DNA of 64,000 nt from Raillietiella orientalis. Lineage: Eukaryota. How positions within the stretch are numbered: the first letter of the stretch is position 1; each line of letters begins with the position of its first letter. The stretch covers positions 2,232,001-2,296,000 of the forward strand of contig JAYWIR010000009.1 of NCBI GenBank assembly GCA_036172245.1, given 5' to 3'. Under the pieces are notes generated by a model. That model searched no databases, was not told the DNA's origin, and saw only the letters and a program-made list of their open reading frames with translations. The position numbers and the translations under genes were made by a program. Below are positions 11,970-23,199 of the stretch, piece after piece.

Positions 11970-13960
11970 ACAAGTGGAGCCATTTTTCGATTGTGTGCTC
12001 AAATACTCGTGATGGTGTTTTGATTGAAAACAGTCGTCGGTGGTCGTTGAGGAAAGGCAATCTGCAAACAAAATAAACCCCGGGCAGCTTTGCCTGCAGC
12101 CGATAAGGGCCCACGAGGCGAAGGAACCAACGTGTAGGTATTAATGTGGGCACTGATTCCTCCCGCGTGGCCCTATGACTTGGCCTATCAGCACTTTTAT
12201 GAGCAAGTTGCGTTGGGCTGGCATCTTGCACTTCCCAAGGAGTTTCCAGCACGGTTGCTTGTGCTTTGATCGTTGGTTCTTTCTTAGGGCGAGTACGAGT
12301 TTGTTCACCAGCCTTCAAGTAGTTCCAGGGTCGCACCCCTCTCAGAGTTCGGCGGACTGGACTTCAGACTCTGGGAGCATCAAACCTTGCAGATTTGTCA
12401 AGGGCACCGTCCTGATTTACCAGAGAGAGTCACCATCGCTGGGAAGACTAACAACACCTCGTCCGCCGGGATTACCAGATCAGCTACTACTGGTGAATTG
12501 CTGGATGAAGATCCTTTATTTGTCCAGTTTGATCAACTTTTCAGCCTGTCGTCGCAGGAGGATCTTCACTTTCTGTGCACCTCGTCCAGATACCGATCAC
12601 CGTGGCAACGGATCATCACCTTGCCGATGCATGATCGTCGTGTCGGCTTTTTTGTCCTGTTCGAGTCTTCGGCTCATTTGGGCTGATCCTTTAACGTCTA
12701 CTAATCTCAGTGTCGTTGGCTCGGACACCGAGGTTGACCGCTCGTTCCATAATTTTGATCTTTTTGTTTGTCAGAATGTGCAATGCGTTCGAATATTCTT
12801 CGAAAGGATATCGCAGAGGACCCGCGCTCAGCGTCCCGTTAGGGAACCATGGTGCACCATTTTTTCCTTCCGTCACTCGTTGAACTCATCAGTTCCTTTT
12901 CGGAAAGGTGATCTCTTAGGAACACATCCTTTGGAATTTTCGCTTCCGAGATTTCAGCATCACAGCAGTCCCCAAGAATAAAGGAATAACTAACTCAAGG
13001 AAAGGAAGCATGCGCGTGCTTTTTAGATAATTACCTCTGAGGATATGTTGCAAGGGAGTATCGTTTTTTTCAGCTTCCTTTCATGAAACCACAGCGCCAG
13101 TTTCCTGTAGCAATGATTCCATATAGTGGAATGAACCTCGATCTGCCTGGGGCTGCTTCGACGAAGCAACTGACACGGTGAACCATTACATCTTGTTTCA
13201 CGCCCCATAGAAACCATCATAACGAATTCAGGAAGCTCCAATTCACTTAAGCCGAGTTTGCTCAGCATCTTCAACCAACCACCGCATCCCCCTTTTAACG
13301 CTCGTGGGATGAGGTTCATGCATGCCTAGGGAGATGAAGTTTATAAAAGATGTAAGATGCATCTTGAACGTTACAACGTTGGTATGTTCATCATTTCACT
13401 CCGAAGAGAGATGGAAGAAGAAATTAATGCTCTTCCTTTGTTATTTAGCTCGTGTTTAAAGTGTTTACAGCTTTGTTATTTATTCAGTTCAGGCGATTCC
13501 ATATAGTTTTAGCTCTGTCGTCGTTCAGGTTGTGGAAAAATGCATCCTCTTGCTCCATTGTATTCAGGAAAAATTTCAATGAAATAGAACTCAGCTTACT
13601 GGAACCACGTGTTCGTGCTCTTTATAGAAACAGCCGTACTGACACTGCACTGCCAATTGGAATTTATCCACATCTTCGTATGGGACTAATTTTCTCCGCG
13701 GAGCACCAATTCGCGTAATGAGGGGTCCACCATGTATTGAGATGATCGCAAACTTTTTCTCAACGGCTGCTGAGTCTCCTTTTTCCTCACCAATCCATAT
13801 GGTCCAGTTTCATCTTTTTTGCCTTTCTTTTCTTGGCAGCTTCTGAATCCTTGCCGGTTTCCATGACAACCCGTGGCTGCTGGAGATTCCTGCCCATCCT
13901 GAACGACGCTACTTAGCTGTGCCTGTTTGAGGAGGATCGGAACCCCGGGATACTTTTCGA
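11970..13960 (-). mobile_element. Ty3/gypsy pol remnant (RT to integrase)
   Basis: GPYGLVRKKE near 13790 (cf. SPVVLVRKKDG), SERGATLELLEG near 12330 (cf. STGxTPFELLxG) and GPYRLQAKL near 12100 (integrase GPY/F motif), in gypsy order. Confidence 0.45.
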
Positions 13961-14483
13961 CCACCGAACCAGGACGTCCGCCAATCCTTCAGGATAACAG
14001 CGCATGAGAATTAAAGAAAAACATCGTGTCTTAGCAGCAGTCTTGGGAAATCTGGGAGCAGCTGCAGACTCCGACCTGATTTTATGGTCATGGAAAAAGG
14101 GATTTTCTTCTTATCGACTCCCTTTGAACATCCTCTTCGGAGCACCACCGTTGTCGTCCTGTGGTCAAAGGATACTTCGTTCCAAAAATGTCCTGCTGAC
14201 GTTTCTGCGGTCCGGCGTGTGCATCCTCCTTCCGTGCAACTGGGCGAAATCTACCTTTTTGAAATTTCCCCTTCGGGTTCATCCTACTGTGCAGCCAGAA
14301 GAGATCATGTGGCGACTGCTGCTCTCTGCATGCAAGAATCTGTGCGCCAAAAAGAAAAAAAAAAAAAGCTCTCAGTCGGTCCTCTTCATTCTCGTCCTGC
14401 CGATCGGTCGGTTCGCACCTACAGAAGACTTTCCTCTGGAAGTGCGGAAAACACTCTGCTCGCTTGTTCTGTGGCTGTCATCG

Positions 14484-16100
14484 TCATCTTCCGGTGCGGC
14501 CCACGGTCAGCAAGATAACGAACTGGTGGTCCTTTAGCGAACTACTCGTTTCTCTGTGATCACGCAGCTCAGCACTTGCCGCGATCTGGAAAACGTCTGC
14601 AAAGAGTTCGAAGGATTCCACTTGCTGAGTTGCCTCTTCATCCACCCCTGAGGCGCAGTGAACGAGCAATGGCGAGGCTGACTCTGCGGTTTCACTTACG
14701 CGTATACGTAAGAGCTCTTTCGTCTGGAATTCCTCATTCGGAACGGTTACGTCCCAGTGCTGGACATTCACATGCAATAAGCTGCGAGGGAGGTGCCTTT
14801 AGCTGCACCACAGTTCTTGTGCGTGACATGAATCGTCCACTGCTTTGCCGAACTGACGGCTCTGTGTCGCAGACCGCCTTGGGCGAAATGCTCCTTCTCG
14901 CCGCTTCTGGCCGCCAACATTCAGCAGTCTCTTCAGATAAGTCGAATTCCTTTCCCTTGGTGGTACTGCTGTGCCTCCACCGCCTTGTAACCACACTCTG
15001 CGTTTGCTTCCGCGCGTCTGCTCCAGACACAGCTTTCGATTTATTCATCTCGTGGAGAGCATGATCATCTTCCCGAAGATTCTCTTACGACATGGTTCCA
15101 GAGCGCAGATGTGCCTTCTTGACGTTACACACGTGCAATCCGCACTCGCAGCAGCCGAGCTTCGATGATTCATCCTTGAGCGCTGGAGTCTGAAGACCGC
15201 GGACGGCATCGGAGGCGGTTCGTGCGGCCGCGCACACTCGGGCAAGACGCGTAAAGGAAGCTTCGTCGCCTAGCAACTTACCTGGGGCGCGCACCGGCGG
15301 GACGTTTAGTGCTTCGAACAACGTACGTTGACTTTCCTCGATGGGGAAGCGAGCCTCAACATCCAGCGGGACGTTGGGAAGTGAACAGAGTTGGCGGAGG
15401 TTCGGGAGGGCCACCAGGATTTGGAGAACCCTTCAGTTCTGTTTGCGCTCGCATCCACCTCTTCGCGATCTGCATGCATTTACGTGCTGTTTTTGGCAGT
15501 CTTTTCGCGTGTCTGGAGAACGCCTACTTCTTGGTTTTGTTGCTCCATCTCGCTACCGCCATGGCACGGACAAAGCGCAGTCACGGCTGCTGTCACGGGT
15601 GGTTCCTCATCACTGAAGAACCTGGTTAGCAGGGGAACGCCACTTTTTTCCAACAGTGCTGAAGTCCTGGACATTGGATCAGCATGTGAGGGACGGTCTC
15701 TTTGTTCCCGCGTCTTCTGAGCTGGGATTTGGCTGCCCCTTCAGATGCAGAGCGCAGAAGATCGGTTCTCGGAAGACCGCAGAATGTTGTCAGTGCTAGG
15801 ATGTGTGTTGCTCTTCCGTGGAGATCGATGTTACTTCCAGAAGATGGGCGGGGGCTGCCACCGGTATCCCTCCACTCCGGATGTGTCGGCCCTTGCAGCC
15901 CCCTTGCGGTTGTTTTTCTTCTTCATGGATGCTGCTATCTGGATGGGCCTGCGTTTCTCTCAGAGGGCATCTCTTTTCCCTCTCTGCCCCGGAGGTTCAG
16001 GTCAATCTGGCGGGTTCTCTTGAATCGGCCTTGTTCTTCGAACTCGTAGAGGCTGTTGCCTTACCCATTGAGGCCGCGTGCCTTGGGGAACTTTTCTATT
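14484..16100 (-). pseudogene. Intronless, frameshifted tandem-domain (D1+D2) receptor protein tyrosine phosphatase pseudogene
   Basis: D2: VQHWDVTVP (WPD-loop-like), PLLVHCASGV (cf. VHCSAGVGR), DVFQIAA..LRDHR...DHQFV (cf. DVFQ.V..LRxQR..Q-loop). Linker: EESQRTLFEAL, LKDESSKL, CNVKKAH (cf. KNR). D1: VEGYRWQPPPIFW. Motifs are colinear over about 1.6 kb with no room for introns. Confidence 0.6.
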
Positions 16101-16339
16101 TCCTCTGTAGCGCGCTCCTTGATTTCCAGAAGCTTTTTTCGAGGGTTCTGGTTCTCCGCGTTCGTGTTGAGGTTCCGTAACTTTCCTGATGCGGACTTCC
16201 ACTCCCCGTCAGTTCTTGGTCGAACTGGAGAGGATTTTTTCCTTGAGCGCGGACCTCGGACCTCGCCTGATCTGCACTTCATTCAGGGCTACCAGGTCGC
16301 TGCTGTTGCATGCCAGCTGTATCATGTGGAGTGAGGAGT

Positions 16340-18700
16340 TATACCAATGCTCTTCCTAGGCGACCGCTGCTAATCTTGGCATCCTGATTGCAAGTTGATC
16401 GCGCGAAGGATTCCCGGGGTAAGTCCCAACTCTGGATTTTGGTCTGTAGGTCCTTGCGCGGAACGGAGTGCAGGCGTTCCTTCTCCCTGGCGGGAACAAA
16501 GAGACGGAGTCTCAGTTTGAGAATCGTGGAGGTGTTCCAGACGGCTACTCGCTCCGGGGAAAGGGTTTCACCAGCCTCGAAGAGAGCGGGCGCCTTGGAG
16601 ACAGGTTCCAAGAGGGTGGGACCACTCTGACTCGTGGAATGCGCCGATCGGTATACACCTAGGATACACTGACCTTTAGGTGTCTTCCCAGTGAGATCCA
16701 CTCCGCTCCATGAGAGGGACGATTCCAGGAGCACGGCGTTGCTCTTTTTTCTTGTTCACCCCGAACCCAGCTGCTCGCTTCAGTTCCTCGAAAAAAATCG
16801 CCCCACCGCTTCACCGGGGGTGGCTGGTGAGAGTAGGAACAGCAGCAAATCATCGCCTGGCTAGCAGTGGCACTTCTAATGGAAAACGGCGTCGGGAAGA
16901 ATCGGAGAGCAGAAAGGGATTGCTCCTCCGTGAGCTGGAAGCCATTACAAACGGGAGCAGGCAAGCGCGGTTCTGGCAGCCCTGTGCTGGAAGCGCGAGT
17001 CGGACCAGGAGGAAGACAATAGCAGAGGAAAGAAATTCCAGCCGCTGCGTCGATGGGGTGAATCGCATTCTTCGCGAACGTTGGACTCGGGAAAAAGAGC
17101 GGGAAAATGGGAAAGGCGCAGCGGAGAAACTTCTGCATACCGCTACTCCGATATTCATAGGGATGTTTCGGGAATGAGCGGGTCCTCCGATTCCCACCGT
17201 GCACGGTCCCTGCGTCGCGAAGTCATTCTGCCTTTCCATGTGATGTTTCGCGTTCCTAGCCTTCTTCCCGTGACGGAGCAGATGGCTGTCAGCAGTGGGA
17301 TTTGAACCACACCAAGCATAAAATTAGGGGTGTACCTATCCGCGCAAGCCTCATAAGGATGCTGAAAGAGCCAGTTTATGGAGATTTAGTCATCTGGGAT
17401 TTTTTTCCCTTTTTCTCTAAAGAATGTTCTTTCGGAGACAGCAGGTCACCTGGAACTGCGCTGATTCACAGGGCTTTCGGCATCCCGATTCCGGATCCGC
17501 TGATCTCTTCAGCCTAGAGCTGGAGACGCCCTGGAATTTTCAATGAGAATCCACGATACGCAGGCATCGATGATCTCCCCCCGCACAACGAGCGCGCAGG
17601 CTGGTCTTTGTTTGGTCTTTAGCGAGACGAACCGATGGCCAGACGAGGTCACCATCCGTCCATAACATAGGAAAAAAAAGGAGTCTCTGGATCTGCTCTC
17701 AACATAACGACAGTGCAAAGGCCGCCGCTCTCGGCAGCAAATACCCATGCCGTTTGGTAGCTCTCTGCTGAAGAATTCCAGCAACCTCTTTTAACGACCA
17801 CGGTTTCATTCTCGGAAACTCATTGCTAACGGACTGCGGAGGAGCATCGCCCATCACTTGCTGGCAAATGACATGCCACTGCTGGAGGTTTCTCCTGCCG
17901 CTCTGTACTTGCATCGCGGAACTCATTGCCGACCGCAAACGCCTCGAGGATCGTCGTTAAGGTGACGGAACGACCTCCTTGGATGTGGCTGCACGAGTAG
18001 CCTCTCAGCCTGCTCCCCGTTTCTTCTCTGCGCTGCTTCCACGGAAACCGTGGTGGCCGGAAGCCTGTCGGAAGAGATCGGACAAACAAGAACGCCCATC
18101 CTTTCCTAAGGTCACAAGATGGCCGCACCTCGCACGTCGCACCAAGGGAGCCGCCTGCATCCTGGACACGACGCTGAGGGAGCCAGGGAGGCTGCTCCCG
18201 ATGCTTCTTCCCCTGCTCCACAACTTTTTTGAGAAACAATCTTCTGGCTGTTCACCTTCTCTTTTCTTTATTCCCTCCCTTTGTTTTCCCTGCAGGGATC
18301 TCTACGAGAAAACTGCTGCCGCAAGCAAAAATGCATCCCGGGTTTGTCCCGATGCAGTGGAATCGCAACCCTACTAGGAAAGAGTGACCTTCTCTACATT
18401 TATATCCTCGGTACCGATCTGCAAACAAGTTGTTCACGGTAAGCTGGCTCGGCGTGACCTCCTCCTTCTGACAGCTGGGTCATTCATTTGGAGTGAAACA
18501 AGCTTGTTTTCCGGGAACGGCCGTACCTTTCCCGTACTCATGGTGGTCTCTACGCATCCGCCGCGCTCCCTGAGCATCTCTTCCTCTCCTCCTGTACCGT
18601 TCTCCTGACCTGGTGAGTCGGTCAGAACGCCCGGCTGCTTGAGCCCAAGCTCGAGGCAGCATTCCCTCCGGATCCGAGTTTGGCTCGTTCTTCGCGTCAC
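16340..18700 (-). mobile_element. Degenerate Ty3/gypsy element (gag-RT-RH-INT order)
   Basis: Gag-like MNDPAVRRR and YRGYKCREGH (knuckle-like) near 18400-18480, DLRKGW near 18100 (RT), and VDLTGKTPKGQCILGV near 16680 (cf. integrase DLxGPxPxTxxGNxYILV). Confidence 0.45.
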
Positions 18701-19599
18701 TCATCCAGGAGAGACGAGAGAATAAGGAGGAAGAAGGTCAGACGAGTGAGTCGAGCCTTCTTCCGCCTCCGGCTGTGAGCCAACGTGGGATCTTCCGCGC
18801 TCCCGAGGAGAGGCCTGGTTGGAGGCGCCCCGCCGTTACTTCCGCGATTTTTCGACGGCGCCTGAGGGCTTCAGGCTTCCTCGAGGAAAGCCCGAAGAGC
18901 CTCTGGACGAGATCCAAGCCCTTAGGGGGTGCGCGCGCGACCCAGCAGCGAGTTGCGATTTGCTGCGACCCGAAGTCCCGTTGGAGACGAGGGGCCGCCG
19001 TGGGCTGCAGCGATCGGTGATCACCCTCGGAGGCGGAGCTGCGGCCAGAGAGATGGCAGGCAGGCGCAGCTCCTCTCATGCGCCCAGGGTCGGTCGTTCC
19101 CGCTGGCCGGGAGTCCCGATGCACGCGGACATCGTCCAGCCGCTAGAGAGGGCTTCCGGGAAGTCAGGAACGGATCCCATCTCTCGATGGAGGTTGCCGA
19201 GAGGGAGTGCCAGCTTCATTTTTGCTGATCCGAAAATTCGGGAGGGCAGAAACCTCAGTTCCTGCTCTCCCGAATCCTAATCCCTAATTCCTGCCCCTAA
19301 GCCCATAACTTATCATTATCATCTTACATTTACAAAAAAAGACAAGCTTATCCCTGCTCCATTACCTGTCAATAATTAGGAATGTTAATTTGTCAGCATA
19401 TCACCTCCAAATAAATTCAACCATACTTTATTATGCATAGCAATCACTTTATTTAACTCATCAACATCCGAACATTAAATATAAATTTTTAATTAATTTC
19501 ACTCTGATACAAAAGATAACTAACTTTAGTACTTTCTTGTTATTTACTTAAATCCTTTTCAGTACTTTTCAGGTTGTGCACTCTGGACAGGCATAGTCA

Positions 19600-19936
19600 A
19601 CCCACCAGATCCATGGTACGAGACGGAGGGTCCATCCATGAGGGAAGAGGGACGACTCTTTTGCATAGTCGGAGCGGAATCCCCACTCCTTGATTTCTGG
19701 AAGGACTCGGAGTTCGACTCATTGTCCCAGTCACCCATCGGGGGCATCGGTTTGAGCCGCTACCAGTGCCGCTGCACCCGAATAAATGCAGACCGACCGG
19801 CGTCATCTCGCGGAAGGAATTCGAACCCGCGACGCGCTCCCTTCTCTCGGTGTCGGTCCTCCCCCGGGAAGGATTCGAACCCGAGACGCTTGGTGGTGCC
19901 TCTCGCGGAGACCCTTAACCACGTGGCCTCCGACAC
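19600..19936 (-). mobile_element. tRNA-derived SINE, 5' half
   Basis: Reverse complement begins gtgtcggaggccacgtggttaagg (A-box-like), then gggttcgaatcc (B box) and a second gggttcgaattcc. Body (ttcgggtgc..ggcact, gtccttccagaaatcaaggagt, ccatggatctggt) matches 21393+ and 33736+. Confidence 0.75.
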
Positions 19937-20759
19937 GGGAGAGGACGTGTTGGGAGGTTCTTGCCCGGAAGCGCTCTCGTCGTCAGAGGGGAGGGCAGCC
20001 CATAGGGCACCGGAAGCCGCGCGTTTCGTCGCGAGCTGCCGCCGCCTCCCCGTTTCGTTCCCCCACGACGCGAGCAGTCCCCGCAAGTCTTGTCAGAGTT
20101 CCGAAGAGCCAACGACCTGCTCTAGCCATTGAGCCGGTCGCGACCCCCTTCTGAGAGGAAGGGGAAGAGGATCCCCGCAAAGGAGCGAAAGCGAGATTGT
20201 TCCCTTGGAAACGGATGGGGGGAGGGGTTTCCTTTCTGTTCCGCTTCCCCGCTTTTTCCCTTTTTTTGCTATCGAGCGCTCCGTAGGACGTCCCCCTTCA
20301 TCTCCAGGAGAGACTGTTGGGAGGCAGCGACTGGGGTGCCCCTGTGCAGGGCCGGGATGCTCGATCCCTGCTTGCGGGGGCGCTCGTGCCCTATGGGCCG
20401 ATTCGTCCGCGGCACTGAGGCCGCGGACGAATCGGCCGCTCTCCCGCCTTTCTCTCCTCGCCGCCGCTCGCCAGCCTCCTAATACGGACGGTGGTGGCTG
20501 TCGGTCGCGCCGAGTCGCCCACTCGACCACCGGCAGCCGACTTTTCCTTCCTCTCGAGCGGCATGAGCTGACTCTACTGGCCTTGCGTCGGGCGGTCTCA
20601 TGCACCGCGCACTGCCATCCCCCCCCCCCCCGGGGGGGGAATTTCTTCCAACAGACAAACGGGCAAGGTGGATTGTTAAATCCATTCAGAGAAGAGAAGT
20701 CTTTGAACCTATTTCTCTGAAGGGCGCTCCCCGAAGGGAGCAGGGCGCTTCTTGACACT

Positions 20760-21330
20760 CTGGAGAGGTGCCGATTCACCAGCTCCATGATGCAAGATGG
20801 AAGGCTGCTCTCCCTTCTGAAGGGATGGACGATTCCGTGGTCTCAACCGAAAGGGAGAAAACCCCAAAGTGGTGGACGGCACACCCACTGCGTCTTGTGG
20901 AACCTGCGTGCGATGCCGTTGGCGTCCTCCTTGGCTCCACTATTCGTGAACGTTCTCCGGGGAGGACTACGCAGCCGGGAGGCGTTTCCACGCATTTCGG
21001 AGGTCGCCACAGCAGCCCAGCAGCGGCTGTGTGGAAGTTGCGAGTCACCCGTGGCTGGCGCAGTCCGGAGAGGCGCCTCTCCTCCTCGTTCGGCCATGCC
21101 GCTGCCGGTCGCGCGGGACGCCCTGCGGCAACCAGCGGTGTTCAAAGCCTCCTCATGTTGTCATCCGAGGGGGAGCACGGAGGTTGCCAGGTCGAGGTCG
21201 CCATCCCCGACGGCGGGGTGTCCGAGTTTTTCCGCCCGACGGAGCGGCTCTTTAGCGCGGGCACCTTGCGTCAGCCAGCTGGCCCATCCTTCACCGGCTC
21301 CCACTAGTCTCGTTACTCCTCCTAGGAGGT
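20760..21330 (-). mobile_element. Ty3/gypsy integrase core remnant
   Basis: Minus-strand QGVPRDRQRHG (cf. GxPxxIxTDQG) and VPSTTLGFSPFRL (cf. xPxxSTGFSPFEL). Confidence 0.45.
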
Positions 21331-21392
21331 CACCCACCCCGCCGGCTGATCGCTGCCATTTTTCACTCAGGTTTTCTCTCCCGTAGCTATCT

Positions 21393-21981
21393 GCGTTGGT
21401 GGTCATGTGGTAGCGGCCTCCCCGCAAGGAGGCACCAACCGTCGCGGGTTCGAATCCCGCCCGGGGTGGAGGGGTGGGGAAGAGTCGACTCTGAGAAACT
21501 GGAGGTGCGTCGTGGGTTTCCGGTCCCTCCCACAGGATGACGATGGTTGCCCTGGAGGCTTCGGGTGCGGCACCAGTGGAAGCCAAAAACCACCGGATAC
21601 CCCCGGAATGGAAGTTGACCTTCCGCGGTCCTTCGAGGAATCAAGGAGCCTTTCCGGCTTCCCCTCCGGTTGAAAGAATGGAGCTGCTCCCCTTCTTAAG
21701 GGAAGTCCTCTATTGCATCCCATGGAGCTGGTTGGCACCCTCTCTGAGGTGTAAAGGAACGCGCTGCTCCCTTCGGGAAGCGACCCTTTCGGATCCTCTT
21801 TAGACGAGGAGCAAACAAAGAGCGTTCCCTTTGAGGGCTCCTTCGGAGGAAGAAAGTCCTCAGAAACCGGGGGATCCTCCAAAGAGAGTTAGGAAGAGGT
21901 GGTTTCCCTTTGGGGTTGCCCACAAGAGTCTGAGAGGAACGGATTCCTCCCTCCGGAGCATTCCTGGGTTCATAGGGTGGT
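21393..21981 (+). mobile_element. tRNA-derived SINE, near-full copy
   Basis: A box tggtcatgtgg and B box ggttcgaatcc in the first 70 nt; body shared with 19600-19936 (minus) and 33736-34385; 3' core gagaggaacggatt...cctgggttcataggg. Confidence 0.8.
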
Positions 21982-23199
21982 CCAGCTCTCCCTTCTCTAG
22001 AAAGGCAGACAGTTCTTCTGCACTTGACGAAACAAAAGAGAAGGGGACAGGGAGAACGGAGAAATCAAAGAGGATTTCCGCCAGTGGGGAGCGGCAGTTG
22101 CTCGGGCCGATTTCTTCCGGTTCTCTTCTACCTCCTCTGGGAAGACCGCTCCCAGCTTGCGGGTGGGACGTGTCCTGGTCATGTGCGCGCGCGCGATGCA
22201 CACCCAGGTAGGTGCCCACCGCTTCCGAACGCCAAGCGTCGTGGTTGCCAGGGCGGCAAGAGATCCGCTGCTGCTTCACCCGGAGGGCAGCCACCACTAG
22301 ACGAGGGGAAGTGCTGCGCGAAACCGTACCAGGTGCGCGGAAGCGCGTACACCTCTAGGTGAGGCCGAGGCGTGCATCCCTTGTTCTCCCCCTGCACTGT
22401 GGAAACCGTACGAAGGGTGGATCGTACGTTTTCGAATGTGTGCTTCCTGGGTTCGCTGGATGCTGGACAACGACAGCGCACCAGTCCGGATGAAGAGGAC
22501 CACCTGGGGAGCTGCCGACAGCCAACGTATGGGATTCACGGCCCTTTTCACCGCGTAGGCTGGCAACCCTGGTGACGTGCAGAAGCCCCCCTTGTGCGGA
22601 GTGCCGTGACGTCTCTGCCGCCTGCGCGCTGCCGTCGCTGCCACATACCAGGCCGAGGAAGGAAGACGCGACAGGCGAGGGTCTCATCCTGTTGGGGTGG
22701 ACGGAGGCAGAAGGAGGAGCTCGCTGGCATCCCGCTGGCATGAGGTGAGGGGAGCCCGAGGACGTGGGATGCGATTCCTCTCCTCCTCCCCTCTTAAAAA
22801 GCATTTTCGTTCCATTTTTGCCTTACTTTTTCCTTTCTCCACGCCCCCTCTTTTCCGTCGTGGACCTTGCCAGCACCTCTCCCTGAAGACTTGCTGATCT
22901 CGGTGGCACCTTCCGCTCCACCGAAGTCTGCAAGTTCACTTCTCATAAATAAACTTCCTGACGAGGCCGGTGGAAAACCCTCCAGCAAAAAAACTTTCAC
23001 TTTCTTCCGCGAGCTCTTTTTTCCTTCGTTTCTCTTTGTCTGGGGGAGCCGTCTCTGTCGTTTCTGCATTGGTGCGGCTTGTTGAGGATCTTCGAGAGCC
23101 CTGCCCCACCACCAGCCGCACCAAAGGAGCAGAAGTGAAACTTTAAATGGAGCCCCCGAGTTCCTCGACCTCGCTCCCTAGGTGTCTGAAGCACAATAG

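Noticed and set aside
20618..20640. C-run/G-run hairpin resembling a terminator
   Set aside because: Simple homopolymer juxtaposition; intrinsic terminators are not relevant in this eukaryotic context.
21393..21470. tRNA gene (also 19865-19936 on the minus strand)
   Set aside because: A and B boxes are present but no convincing cloverleaf or anticodon arm, and each is followed by a shared repeat body, so these are SINE heads.
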